Below, piece by piece: positions 49,542-59,586 of a DNA stretch of 59,586 nt. Both the position numbers and the translations under genes were made by a program. Each line of letters opens with the position of its first letter. Within the stretch, counting starts at the first letter, position 1. Source of the DNA: Candidatus Aerophobetes bacterium Ae_b3b. GTDB taxonomy: Bacteria; Aerophobota; Aerophobia; Aerophobales; AE-B3A. The notes below the pieces were generated by a model. That model saw nothing but the letters and a program-made list of their open reading frames with translations. It made no database searches and was not told the origin of the DNA. The stretch is taken from the NCBI GenBank assembly GCA_005223085.1, contig NJBP01000006.1, positions 1-59,586 of the forward strand, written 5' to 3'.

Positions 49542-51116
49542 TCACTGCGTACGGACAAAACGGCCATTCCTTCCGCCAAAATCCAGACTCTTAACCAGAA
49601 CTTCATAGGCCCTGCCGTCACTACCGATATTAAAAATCATCCCCGAATTGGTCTTTTCATCTTTAAAAATATTCCCGTTCCAATGGGTTAACTTGTAGGG
49701 AACCTTATTGTGCCCCATGTACAAGGACAGCCCATGATTTCTCTCAACGACTCTGATCTTACCGTAATAAGAGTTCTCATATTCTCCAACGTAGCTAGAG
49801 CTTGGCAATCCGGGCGTTTTAGGCGAGGGGGTTTTTGGCAGATGTTCAAATGGATCCAATATCGATTCTACCAAGGCTTTTTCAAATTCTTCTTTCACGA
49901 TGGGCCACCAGTCTGTCTCATTCTTCCCGGCAAAGAACAGGTCGTTAAATGTCTTGGTCAGAGCAGTGTGTAAAATATGACCCTCCGGGAAGGCATTGGT
50001 CAAAATGACAATACCCACCTGTTCGGAAGGAATCAGAAAAGTGCTGGTACTGATACCGGTTCCGAAATCGCCTCCATGGTGCACCACCTTGTGTCCCTCT
50101 GAATAATCAACAAACCAGCCAAGCCCGTAGCAGGATAAGCCGTTATCTGATGAATGGATAATAGTCTGAGGCTTGTGAGTTTCTTTTAACGCTTCGACAC
50201 AGATGATCCTCTTCCCTTCAAAATCCCCTCCCGCCAGCTGCATGCGAACCCATTTGACCATATCGCTGATCGTAGAGCTGACCCCACCGGCCGGAGATTG
50301 AGCATCTGGTCGGCGTAAGGCCTGAGGAATCATCTTATCATTTTTCCGAACATGACCTGTGACCCTGTTCTCTGCTTTCTCAACATCGGCAAAATGGGCA
50401 CTCGTTGAGCTCATGTCGAGCGGGTTGAATATTCTCTCTGCCACCAAGTCCGACCACTTCTTGCTGACAGCTTTCGCGGCGGCTTCACCGGCGGCAGTGA
50501 CCAGAAAATTCTGATAGCCGTAACAGGACCGGAAACCAGCAATAGGTCTTTGATAACGAAGCCGGTAGAGAATTTCCTGACGGTCATATTTGAACTCCGA
50601 TTCCAGTTTATCGCCTATGTACTCGGGTAATCCGCTTCTATGCGACAAAAGATCCCGGATGGTAATCTGATCCACTACCCAGGAATCGTAGAGGTGAAAC
50701 TCGGGATAGTGGTCGATTACTCTTTCATCCCACCCCAGTAAGCCATCGCCAACCATGGAAGCAATGGTGGCCGAGGTAAAAGATTTGGATATAGAGGCCA
50801 GCTGAAAAATAGTGTCGGCGTCCACGGCCTCAGGAGATCCTACTTTTCTGATCCCGAAACACTTCAGGTATTGGACCTTGTCCTGATACACGACGGCAAT
50901 AGCCATGCCCGGAACACCACTTCGCTTGAATGTGCTTCTTGCGTACGCGTCAAACTGAGGCAGAATCTTCTTTACACGATTGGCATCTGCCTGCAACGAC
51001 TGTATGGGCGAGACATCACTCACGGAAAAGAATAGTAGTAACAGGATCCACGAAAGCGTGCACCCCAATCTTCGCTGGAAAGAGAAATTTTTCTCTCTGC
51101 CTTCAACAGTATTCAT
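49542..51116 (-). CDS. Secreted beta-lactamase-family (AmpC/PBP-like) serine hydrolase with a DUF3471-like C-terminus
   Basis: LASISKSF (SxxK), LLSHRSG, YGYQN (YxN), HHGGD; C-terminal YVGEYENSYYG. Confidence 0.92.
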   Translation of the reverse strand: MNTVEGREKNFSFQRRLGCTLSWILLLLFFSVSDVSPIQSLQADANRVKKILPQFDAYARSTFKRSGVPGMAIAVVYQDKVQYLKCFGIRKVGSPEAVDADTIFQLASISKSFTSATIASMVGDGLLGWDERVIDHYPEFHLYDSWVVDQITIRDLLSHRSGLPEYIGDKLESEFKYDRQEILYRLRYQRPIAGFRSCYGYQNFLVTAAGEAAAKAVSKKWSDLVAERIFNPLDMSSTSAHFADVEKAENRVTGHVRKNDKMIPQALRRPDAQSPAGGVSSTISDMVKWVRMQLAGGDFEGKRIICVEALKETHKPQTIIHSSDNGLSCYGLGWFVDYSEGHKVVHHGGDFGTGISTSTFLIPSEQVGIVILTNAFPEGHILHTALTKTFNDLFFAGKNETDWWPIVKEEFEKALVESILDPFEHLPKTPSPKTPGLPSSSYVGEYENSYYGKIRVVERNHGLSLYMGHNKVPYKLTHWNGNIFKDEKTNSGMIFNIGSDGRAYEVLVKSLDFGGRNGRFVRTQ

Positions 51117-51227
51117 TGGTAACCTCCCTTGATGTCAAAGAGTACTCTCAAAACTACAAGATCTTTTTAATTAATTATGGCACATATTAACAACTGCTTT
51201 TTCCACGCTCTCTATAACTTTAGACTG

Positions 51228-51263
51228 CAGACTACCCCCTGATAATTGGACAGATTGGGTTAG
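51228..51263. mobile_element. Possible orphan IS3-type terminal repeat
   Basis: GACTACCCCCTGATAATTGGACAGATTGGGTTAG resembles the IS end TGACCTGCCCCCTAGAATCGGTCCAGTTATTGTGTTAG at 56841-56803. Confidence 0.3.
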
Positions 51264-51600
51264 CACAGGCTGACAAAGACAGCTACTTCATACTCTGAGG
51301 CAGGATCTCCGCCCAAAAACATCCGTTTCATGCGAGGGTCAGGACCAGCACAGGAATCCAGGCCCTGACCTTATTTAACATACTATCGACAAAATGACCG
51401 ATTGGGATACTTCTTCATCTGTTCTTAGTGCCAGAATAATTCCAACTCGATGGGGATGGCTGGCCAGGGTTTCTCTACTACACAGGACATCGAGATCAAG
51501 AATTCCGCCCTTGGCATGTGCACAGAAGTGCCGCTTTCTACCATAAAGAATGGGTGCCTACAAAAGCCAGCGCCCATTCTTCAAGGATTGAAGCTATTAG

Positions 51601-51920
51601 TTACTTATCAGTGAAAGGATGTTCTACCTTCTCAACGACAACCTTAAAGTTGGGATTTACCTGTTTCCATAAGGGTTCTGTCCAAGAGGTGGCTTTACAG
51701 ACTCCACCTTTTCATAAATCGTATTTGGGATCGGCGTATTTATCAAAGAAGGCAGTCAGGCGCTCATCGAGCTCTTTCTTGACAGAAGTTCTCGAGGAAG
51801 GAGAACCTGAATCATGCCTGCCACCGACAAACGAGAAAATCACTAGTGGCAGAGTCTGAACGGTCATATCCAGAGCTGATTTCACACCACTAATGTGCTG
51901 CTGTTGCCCCTTGTAAGGGA
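51601..51920 (-). pseudogene. Fused remnants: DUF318-like permease fragment and sulfatase-like C-terminal fragment
   Basis: QHISGVKSALDMTVQTLPLVIFSF/AGMIQVLLPRELLS, then KELDERLTAFFDKYADPKYDL*KGG...; family assignments by recall only. Confidence 0.4.
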
Positions 51921-52041
51921 CAGTTCTCTTGGCAAACCTAACTCTGCCCCGCATCCAAACCCGGACTCATCCCTTTGTTTGGATTCACAGAAGGAGAGGG
52001 GTCTAGGTTGCGATGCGGAACCGTCCTCTAATTTCTGGAAA

Positions 52042-53190
52042 TTAATGAATAATATCTATTAGCTCCTGCAAAAAAGACTCATAGACCTCAACGTCTTCTT
52101 TGGCGCCCAACTGATTGAAGAATAGCACGATGGTAGTATCTGTTCCAGGATCATAGGCTATCCTGCCATAGTATCCGGTTGTTGCTCCGGCATGGCCGAT
52201 AAACCTGTCTCCTACCTTATCGACTCCCAGCCCATACTCGAATTTGCCCGGCAGTGCTGCTGCTATCTCAATCCAGCTCATCATCTCTTTATATGTCTTC
52301 TTACCTAGCAGCACCCCACGCCCCAGCGCTCTTGCCCATTTTTTTTGATCCTGTAGGTTAGAAACCATATTCCCTGAAGCCCCTAAGAGCCATATGGCAG
52401 GGTCGGTGGTCGCGTCGATTGTTGTACTCTCAAGCACAGCATAACCGTGTAGGTGATCTCCTCTTATGTCTGGTTGGGTTGCGAAAACTGTATGCCTCAG
52501 ACCGAGCCTGTCAATTATCTTTTCCTCAATCACCACCCCAAGATCCTTTCCTGTAACCTCTTCCACAATCATGCCAAGCAGCTTATAGTTAGTGTTAGAG
52601 TAATGCGCACCTTTGCCGGGTTGGTTATAGGGTTTATGAGCCAGTGATACCTCCACTATCTCTTGCGGAGACAGCCTCTTGGAAAGATTCTCTTCCACTG
52701 CCTTCCTGAAGACGGGATCATCGTTTTCTGCATCAAATATCCCGCTTGAATGATTTAGGAGTTGACGCACAGTTACTTTGCTGCCTGTTGGCATAAATGA
52801 CAGATACTTGTTCGCAGTCTCATCAAGCCCTATCTTACCCTCATCTACAAGCTGAAGTACCGCAGTTGCAACAAATGTCTTCGTAATACTACCGATACGT
52901 GTCTTGTCTTTTATTTGCGCAGACTGCCCTGTTTCTATGTCTGCTTTGCCCTTTGCCACGACCCAGGTTCCTTCGCCAGGAGCCCAAACACCCACAATAG
53001 CCGCCGGAGAACGCGACTCTTCCATTGCCTTATCCAGAGTCTTCTCCATCTTCTCCTGCGTTTCCCTGTCGAATTCTTTCTCTAGAGCCCAACCGGATAC
53101 ACCTAGAGTGAAAAGCAGTACCAGCATACCCCAAATGATTACAGAGGTAATCCAATGTTTTCTTCTTCTCACAATCCACCTCTTTTTCAT
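52042..53190 (-). CDS. Secreted beta-lactamase-family serine hydrolase (D-Ala-D-Ala carboxypeptidase/D-peptidase type)
   Basis: RIGSITKTF (SxxK), LLNHSSG, YSNTNY, GHAG. Confidence 0.92.
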   Translation of the reverse strand: MKKRWIVRRRKHWITSVIIWGMLVLLFTLGVSGWALEKEFDRETQEKMEKTLDKAMEESRSPAAIVGVWAPGEGTWVVAKGKADIETGQSAQIKDKTRIGSITKTFVATAVLQLVDEGKIGLDETANKYLSFMPTGSKVTVRQLLNHSSGIFDAENDDPVFRKAVEENLSKRLSPQEIVEVSLAHKPYNQPGKGAHYSNTNYKLLGMIVEEVTGKDLGVVIEEKIIDRLGLRHTVFATQPDIRGDHLHGYAVLESTTIDATTDPAIWLLGASGNMVSNLQDQKKWARALGRGVLLGKKTYKEMMSWIEIAAALPGKFEYGLGVDKVGDRFIGHAGATTGYYGRIAYDPGTDTTIVLFFNQLGAKEDVEVYESFLQELIDIIH

Positions 53191-53192
53191 AA

Positions 53193-53978
53193 TTATCTTC
53201 CTTCGGGTAGGCGTTTTCTCAACCCCCAAAAAACTACTGCCAGAGCGATAAAGACAATTGTCAATGCAATTCCGGATTCACCGATTACGTACTTGGATAA
53301 GGATGATGTCTCGGTGGTAAGCGGGTCAAAGAGTCTCTGGATATAAAGATTGTGACTAGCATGAAGAAGTACCGCTGGCCAGACACTGCCCGATTTTAGC
53401 CTTAACCAACTTATGGTAAAGGTCATTGCAGTAACTGTTACTACGAAAAGCAAGAGCTGAGGGGCCATTGGCATTGTCGCCAGATATATACCGTAAATGA
53501 TCAAGGGAAAGTGCCACACCGACCAGATTATGCCGGTGATCAAACAGGTTGCTGTAAAATTTGTCACCTTATATAACTGCGGCACTAAGAATCCGCGCCA
53601 GCCGATTTCTTCCCCTGAAGCAAAGGCTACGTTAAACAGCGTGCCTATAGCAATCAGTCTAAAGGGGTCAAAACGATAATCAAGATTAATACCCGCAAGT
53701 CCCGACAGCCAGATAACTGCGTAAGCAACGGTTGCGTAAGCAATGGGCAAGAAATACGCTAAGCCCAACCACCCCACGCGGCCTGGCCTCCAACCGATAC
53801 CTGATATACCTTTCTCATATATAAAAGAAGTAGTTATGCCTGAAACCCCAGGACACCACATCAGATAGAACATAACAAGGGAAGGATTAAGGCCCAAATC
53901 CTTTGAACGGACGATTAGATAATAGCCTATCAAGCTGAGAAGAAATGTAAGGATTACGTAGGTGGTGATTTTCTTCAT
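53193..53978 (-). CDS. CPBP (Abi/CAAX) intramembrane metalloprotease
   Basis: GEEIGWRGFL, WSVWHFP, LLHASHN. Confidence 0.92.
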   Translation of the reverse strand: MKKITTYVILTFLLSLIGYYLIVRSKDLGLNPSLVMFYLMWCPGVSGITTSFIYEKGISGIGWRPGRVGWLGLAYFLPIAYATVAYAVIWLSGLAGINLDYRFDPFRLIAIGTLFNVAFASGEEIGWRGFLVPQLYKVTNFTATCLITGIIWSVWHFPLIIYGIYLATMPMAPQLLLFVVTVTAMTFTISWLRLKSGSVWPAVLLHASHNLYIQRLFDPLTTETSSLSKYVIGESGIALTIVFIALAVVFWGLRKRLPEGR

Positions 53979-54000
53979 AATAGCCTCCAGTCAAACATAC

Positions 54001-55569
54001 CTAGTTATTTGTATACATAACTTCACAGATTCTCCCCTGGTCGCTTCCAATTCTCCCCAAATCATCAACCGTCTGCATAGGGGTGTTATTGACGTATAAA
54101 GCAAATACCAATTCGCGGCCTTTTGCAGTGGTCATATACCCAGCCAGGCCTTTGGCTATCATAATAGGCCTATCGTTTAATAGGTTTCCCCAGATGAGTG
54201 TACCTGTCTTGGCAAAAACCTTACCGCGTGCTGCGTTATCCGGTCCGGCAAAATGAGTGAGGGAACCATCCACACCCAGAATCGGAAGGGCATCATAGAA
54301 ATATTCGAAGTGGGGGCTTTTGCGCATGAAACTCAAAAGCTGAACCACTGCGCGCGGACTGATAAGATCGCTCCTATCCCCGCCTGCGCCGTCACTTATG
54401 GATATGGCTTCGGTCTGGATACCCATCTTCCTGAAAATATCACGTTCTATAGCCAGGCCTTCTTCAAGGGTTTTCTTACCATTCTTGACTGCGATAAGAA
54501 GCGGTGTCATATTCGCGCCAAGGTTGTGGCTGACCTCGAGGATAAGCTTTACTAACTCCGTATACGGGGGTGACACTAATAGCGCGACACGCTCAGTCTC
54601 TTTATAGGTCCCACTTTTGGGGAGTTTATGAGATGGATTAATCCCTGAAGGTGCGGCTTCGACCTTAACACCTGCTCGCTCAAGCGCTTCGATAAGAAGA
54701 GTCCGGGCGAACGAATCCGAATCTTCAACCCCGTAAACGCGGATTACGGGCTGATACCCCTCGGGCACCTCACCACGTACAATTATGCGGTCCTCGGACG
54801 GAGAAATAATTTCAATCTGAGGCTCTTTGTTGGAAGAGACAGTATTTACCTCTGCCTCTACCTGGTAGGTAATGGTTCGGGGCCTGTAGTCAACCGATGC
54901 GCTCTCACCGAGTTTAGACGGTGTTATGATGAAATCGATAATATTGTCGTTTATTATCATAGGGGTTCTTGTTATGCCTGCGGGTGAGGTTATTGTTTCA
55001 AAAAGGCGGTTATCAATGATGACATCTCCTTTGACATACTTGATACCTGAAGCAGCTACTTGTCTTGCTAGCTCATTTAAGCCTGCAAGCGGATCAGTTT
55101 CTGTCAATATGGCTTCAAATATTCCGTCCATGCCTGCTTCTGTATGGTCCATATTGGTATATGCGATTCTCTCATCGGGGGTAGTGCGGCCGCCCATTGT
55201 AACATCACCGCTGGCCACAAGTATCAGATCTCCATATAAGGTGCCTTGAGAATCAACCTTGCCCCTGCGATATATGGGTGTCTGGAAGCGGTAATCTGGC
55301 CCGAAAGTATGAAGTCCTGCCGTCATAGTAAAGAGTTTAGTGGTAGAAGCAGGAACAAAGAGTTTATCCGCATTCAGCTCCGAAATGACTTCGCCTGATT
55401 CAAGATCTTTTACCAGAATACCCCAAGAGGAACCTTCATATAGCGGAGCGGTTATGATCTTCAAAACACCTTCCGAAAGTCCCCTTTCCGCCAATAAAGA
55501 ACCCGACTTCATTAAGAGAGATGCCGCCGCCAGAATTATGACCAACAACATTACCATTACTCTACGCAT
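54001..55569 (-). CDS. dacB: D-Ala-D-Ala carboxypeptidase/endopeptidase (PBP4, peptidase S13)
   Basis: PASTTKLFT (SxxK), SHN (SxN), DGAG, LPILGVDGSL, AKTGT. Confidence 0.92.
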   Translation of the reverse strand: MRRVMVMLLVIILAAASLLMKSGSLLAERGLSEGVLKIITAPLYEGSSWGILVKDLESGEVISELNADKLFVPASTTKLFTMTAGLHTFGPDYRFQTPIYRRGKVDSQGTLYGDLILVASGDVTMGGRTTPDERIAYTNMDHTEAGMDGIFEAILTETDPLAGLNELARQVAASGIKYVKGDVIIDNRLFETITSPAGITRTPMIINDNIIDFIITPSKLGESASVDYRPRTITYQVEAEVNTVSSNKEPQIEIISPSEDRIIVRGEVPEGYQPVIRVYGVEDSDSFARTLLIEALERAGVKVEAAPSGINPSHKLPKSGTYKETERVALLVSPPYTELVKLILEVSHNLGANMTPLLIAVKNGKKTLEEGLAIERDIFRKMGIQTEAISISDGAGGDRSDLISPRAVVQLLSFMRKSPHFEYFYDALPILGVDGSLTHFAGPDNAARGKVFAKTGTLIWGNLLNDRPIMIAKGLAGYMTTAKGRELVFALYVNNTPMQTVDDLGRIGSDQGRICEVMYTNN

Positions 55570-55623
55570 ACCTTACCTCCGTTATTGTGTGTCTTCGAGA
55601 TGGGTCCTTCCCATCGAAACCTA

Positions 55624-56841
55624 TGACCTTCCCCCATTAATAGTACCACTTTTTAAGTTAGAGTCACGGGAACGATAGTCTCAGGAGCAGGTGGCCGATA
55701 GTTTAGGGCACTATGCGGTCTCACCTGATTATACTCCTTCCGCCACTGTTCAATGAGTATCTTGGCTTCAGTCAGTGTTGTAAATATCTCCCGATTAAGT
55801 AACTCATCTCTTAATTTCCCATTAAATGACTCTATATATCCATTTTCCCAGGGACTTCCTCGCTCAATAAAGAGCGTATTTACTTCTAGATCGTTCAATC
55901 ATCTGCGTACGGCCTTGGCGGTGAATTCCGGGCCATTGTCGAAACGAATGTACTCAGGAATACCCCTCAACATAAACTGATGAAACAACTGCTCGATAAC
56001 TTCTTGAGAAGTGATCCGCCTCTGAGTGAGAATCGTCAGGCACTCCCTGGTGTACTCATCAATGATAGTAAGTATCCTGAATGCTCTTCCCTTGAGCTGT
56101 CCTGGCTACCATAAGGTCATGGCTCCACACATGATCCTTATATTCGAGATCTTAAGCCTCGTGCATGAGCCATCATTGAGCCAGAGCCTGCCCCGTTTTG
56201 GCTGCTTTTGTGACACCTTCAGGCCCTCTCTTTTCCATATTCTCTCTACTCTCTTGTGGTTCACTTTCCAACCTTCCTGTTTGAGTAGGGCTGTTATCCT
56301 CCGATACCCATATCTATCATATCGTGTTGCTAGTTCAATGATACGAGCTACTAATCTTTCCTCGTCATCTTTGGTGCGTGAACTATGACGCTGCGTACTC
56401 CTGACCTGTCCCAAAAACCGACACGCCCGTCTCTTAAGAGACTTTAAGAGTCTTTAAGACCTTACCTATCATCTTGCGTCTCTTCAACGGGCTTAGGAGT
56501 TTCCCCGGCATGCGTCCTTGAGGATCGCATTATCCTCGCGAAAGATCTGCTACTAACCTCTTGAGACGGCTATTCTCCTCCTCAGAGTTCTTCTGAGTCG
56601 CTTAACCTGCTCAATCCTCATGCCACCGTACTCTCTTCGCCAGCGATAATAGGTCTGTTCGGTTACCCCTATCTTCCTAGCAGCTTCGCCTATCGTTGAT
56701 CCCTCACTGACAAGAACTTCTGCTTCTCGGACCTTCTGGATGATTTGCTCTGGTCTGTAGCTTCTTCTCACCATTCCCATACCCCCTTTTTCGATCCTTA
56801 GTCTAACACAATAACTGGACCGATTCTAGGGGGGCAGGTCA
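55624..56841 (-). mobile_element. Degenerate IS3-family insertion sequence
   Basis: TGACCTTCCCCC / GGGGGCAGGTCA inverted repeats; OrfA HTH (56553-56780) and frameshifted OrfB pieces (YGYRRI, VNHKRVERIW, SPWENGYIESFNGKLRDE, YNQVRPHSAL); no target duplication. Confidence 0.92.
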
Positions 56842-57019
56842 GGATAACAAAAAGTGTAAGAATGGCTGCGATGACCGGCATAACGAGGAGCAAGATGAGC
56901 GGTAAAGGCACGGTAATGCTCGTGAAAAACCGCTCAACCAGATTGGTCTGGTTCATCATCATAGACAGAAGGAGCACGAATAATAACATCAGAATGGCAG
57001 CAGAACCTGCGATCCACCG
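56842..57019. repeat. 178-bp direct duplicate of 59250-59427, truncated by the IS3 end
   Basis: Sequences align end to end with about 4 mismatches; both encode RWIAGSAAILMLLFVLLLSMMMNQTNLVERFF... Confidence 0.92.
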
Positions 57020-57328
57020 GCATTCTCTGATCCACGCCATCCCGGCCTGGTATCCGCTTTTCAAGCCCATCCCGATCCTGCTGATCCTGGGGATCATCTT
57101 TCTGGGCAACCGGGTGAGCCGGCTTTCTCGTATACCCCCTTAAGTTTTCGCATATCCGTCCTCAAATACCGCTGCAAGGCCGAGTTGGTGCCGTGCATGG
57201 TTGCCTCTTTGATTTCCTCTGGGCTGAAGTACCCCTGTAGGCGCTGGCCATGCCGTGCCGGGTGCCGCCATACAGATCCACCTCCCTGATGCCAGGCTTC
57301 AGCGTAGGCCTTGGTGCAGAGCTTTAAA

Positions 57329-58906
57329 CTATTTCCTGGCGACCTTCTGGAACACAATGTCGTCCACACCCGTCTGAAGAGGGAGTGCAAGTCTGTCGAT
57401 GTCGCCATTTTTATTCAGCAGGAAAGTTACGTTTCTCGCATCAAAATAGACGAGGAGATGGTCGGGATCCTCGTCGGAAATCCTGAAGGTGTCATAATGA
57501 TAATGTTCTATGGGCACGGTTCTGTCCCTGAATTTGATGTTCAGCCGTTTGCCTTCCTTCCCAATAATGATCTCGCCATAGGCCGGGTGCCTGTAATGAC
57601 CCGCATAGTCCACAAGGGGATGACTGGGGCGGGTGTTCTTTCGGTGTTGCTTTTCGGCCTCTGCCTCCGCCTCCTTCTTTTTTTCCCAGTTTTCACGTTC
57701 CCCCGTCATGAGCCTTTTGCCCCAGTCGATCGGCTTGAGGCCCAGGAGCCGGTCGAAAATATTGAAGGTCATTACGTAGGTCAAAGAGGTCCCATTCATA
57801 TTTGTAAGCACAACAACGCCAATCTTCTCTTTAGGTATGAAACTGACCAACGATGTAAAACCGGGTACATTTCCCCCGTGATTAACCATGTAATGACCGC
57901 GGTAAGGTTGAATGAACCAGCCCAGGCCATAGCTGATCGTTGGCGTTTCATCGTAGATGAGAAATTTAAATACTGAGTCCAATGGTATGACCATCTGGGG
58001 AGCATGCATCTGAAGCAGTGTTTCTCTGGCGATAATCTGCTTACCGTCGACCTTGCCTTCGGCCAAGTGAAATCGGACGCACTTGGCCATGTCCGTGAGG
58101 TTGGAGTTGATGGAGCCTGCGGGACCGTTGGCGGTCATCTTAAAGAACGGAATCCGTTTAATGTCGATATCTGAAAGTTTTTCAGGGAATTTCTTCACGC
58201 TATTGATGTTCATCGAGTATGGGAGAGCATAATCCGGATATTTCTGTAATTCCTCGATCGAAAAATTGCTGCTTTTCATTCCCAGCGGCATGAATATCCT
58301 TTTCTTCACAAATTCTTCCCACGTTTCCCCGGTAAGCTTTCTCACGAGACATCCGGATGCCTGGTACATCAAATTGTTGTATTGAAAACGTTCCCGAAAT
58401 CCATAACTCAGTTGAAGATATTTAATTCTTTTGGTCGTCTCTTCAGCGGTTAGTCCTGCATTGTACCACACGAGGTCGTGCCTCGGAAGGCCCGAACGGT
58501 GCGAAAGCATATCCCGGGGGGTGATATGCCCGGTCAGGTAATCATCATACATCCTAAACGTTGGCAGATAGTTGCGAACCGGCTGGTCAAAATCCAGCTT
58601 TTTCTCGTCCGCCAGCATACCCAAGGCCAGGACGGTAAAAGACTTGCTAACGGAACCGATACCGAAAATCGTGTTCGACGTTACTTTCAGTTTCTTTTCC
58701 ACGTTCCGATAGCCGAAACCCTCTGAAAAAATGACTTTGTCATTTTTCACGATCAGAACGGCGACAGCCGGCACGTTCCAGTTCCTCATTTCCGTTTTAA
58801 TCAAGTTCCTTAAATCATTTGGTTCAAATTTATCCTCGGCCATTGATGCAGAACCAACGAAACATAACGTTATGAACAGAACCAATGAAAGAGCTTTACG
58901 CTTCAT
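57329..58906 (-). CDS. Secreted beta-lactamase-family serine hydrolase with a DUF3471-like C-terminus
   Basis: IGSVSKSF (SxxK), MLSHRSGLPRHD, FQYNN, NHGGN, YAGHYRHPAYG. Confidence 0.93.
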   Translation of the reverse strand: MKRKALSLVLFITLCFVGSASMAEDKFEPNDLRNLIKTEMRNWNVPAVAVLIVKNDKVIFSEGFGYRNVEKKLKVTSNTIFGIGSVSKSFTVLALGMLADEKKLDFDQPVRNYLPTFRMYDDYLTGHITPRDMLSHRSGLPRHDLVWYNAGLTAEETTKRIKYLQLSYGFRERFQYNNLMYQASGCLVRKLTGETWEEFVKKRIFMPLGMKSSNFSIEELQKYPDYALPYSMNINSVKKFPEKLSDIDIKRIPFFKMTANGPAGSINSNLTDMAKCVRFHLAEGKVDGKQIIARETLLQMHAPQMVIPLDSVFKFLIYDETPTISYGLGWFIQPYRGHYMVNHGGNVPGFTSLVSFIPKEKIGVVVLTNMNGTSLTYVMTFNIFDRLLGLKPIDWGKRLMTGERENWEKKKEAEAEAEKQHRKNTRPSHPLVDYAGHYRHPAYGEIIIGKEGKRLNIKFRDRTVPIEHYHYDTFRISDEDPDHLLVYFDARNVTFLLNKNGDIDRLALPLQTGVDDIVFQKVARK

Positions 58907-58972
58907 GTCTACTTCCTCCTTTCCTTTTGAGTCTCCCGTCTAATCATAAAAGCAAATCGTTCGTCATTTTAG

Positions 58973-59094
58973 CGGGAACGATAGAACTAACCCGCTCGCG
59001 GTTACACTTTTGCCAGCTTTACCCGCTATTGCCCCCCGGCTCGGAATTTTAGACGCGTCGCCTACCGCGAGTCGGGTTGAGTGATGGGTTAGGT
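58973..59094 (-). other. Integron attC-like recombination site
   Basis: Minus strand R'' ACCTAAC, L'' CACTCAACCCGACTCGCGGT, about 60-nt variable loop, L' ACCGCGAGCGGGTTAGT (extrahelical bases), R' GTT; 21 nt after the upstream stop. Confidence 0.7.
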
Positions 59095-59115
59095 GTTTAA
59101 GTCGTCCCTGTCTTT

Positions 59116-59586
59116 TTAAAACTTCCATCCAAGGAGGTTATAGAAATCCAACCACCATATGAACGCAACAAGTGCTGCTGTAACAAGTGTATAGTGTATC
59201 CGATCCTTGAATGCCCAATATTTTTTCAGCCAAGCAAGTACAGCGAGAGGGATAACAAAAAGTGTAAGAATGGCTGCGATGACCGGCATAACGAGGAGCA
59301 AGATGAGCGGTGGAGGCACGGTAATGCTCGTGAAAAACCGCTCAACCAGATTGGTCTGGTTCATCATCATGGACAGAAGGAGCACAAATAATAACATCAG
59401 AATGGCAGCAGAACCTGCGATCCACCGTGCTGTTCGTCTGAGAGTCCGGATACCCCTCTCTTTCAGTTTTCGCCGCCTACTGATGATGGCCCGTACGGGC
59501 CAGATAAAAACCGATAGAAACACGGCCAGGCAGATGGTTTTCACCACATCGGTAAACCGGGTCGTTGCGCGAAGCGGAATCCGTTT
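59116..59586 (-). CDS. C-terminal 3-TM region of a membrane protein, 5'-partial (probably a membrane-anchored serine hydrolase)
   Basis: Frame is open to the window edge; three TM helices ending W.KKYW...RIHYTLV....FIWWL..YNLLGWKF, a tail recalled from membrane-anchored beta-lactamase-family proteins. Confidence 0.6.
   Translation of the reverse strand, partial: KRIPLRATTRFTDVVKTICLAVFLSVFIWPVRAIISRRRKLKERGIRTLRRTARWIAGSAAILMLLFVLLLSMMMNQTNLVERFFTSITVPPPLILLLVMPVIAAILTLFVIPLAVLAWLKKYWAFKDRIHYTLVTAALVAFIWWLDFYNLLGWKF

Noticed and set aside
57020-57976. ORFs 57094-57408 (-) and 57311-57976 (+)
   Set aside because: The latter is an antisense shadow of the hydrolase; 57020-57310 may hold gene debris but could not be assigned

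Overview
Chromosomal window of an anaerobic, probably uncultured candidate-phylum bacterium. The 16S is divergent and the gene content resembles Aerophobota-type sediment genomes, but this placement is an unverified impression. Bases 1-38.4 kb are core and metabolic genes: glutaredoxin, CDF-NifX transporter, SSS symporter, ruvAB, two sugar ABC clusters, treT, pfkB/purN-like/ehaR-like, pgm, xerD, a CCA/A-adding enzyme, purF and pheT. This part also carries gene remnants and a small TIR-bounded repeat family. Bases 38.4-43.8 kb are a full rrn operon (16S, tRNA-Ile, tRNA-Ala, 23S, 5S) plus tRNA-Asn, with an enlarged 16S helix 6 and a 23S helix-45 insertion. From tRNA-Asn to the window end lies an accessory island with three parts. 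(i) A large serine integrase interrupted by one stop codon, preceded by a membrane-anchored wHTH, a Com-like zinc ribbon and a small ORF. (ii) The best candidate for an undescribed system: a compact c-di-GMP module. It comprises a ribbon-helix-helix/MshEN fusion regulator, an identical 25-bp palindromic site in front of both that gene and a c-di-GMP-I riboswitch, and a downstream secreted acidic tandem-repeat protein. (iii) An array of secreted penicillin-binding/serine-hydrolase paralogues with a CPBP protease, DacB, a degenerate IS3 and a solitary integron attC site. All calls come from reading the sequence by eye; no searches were run.
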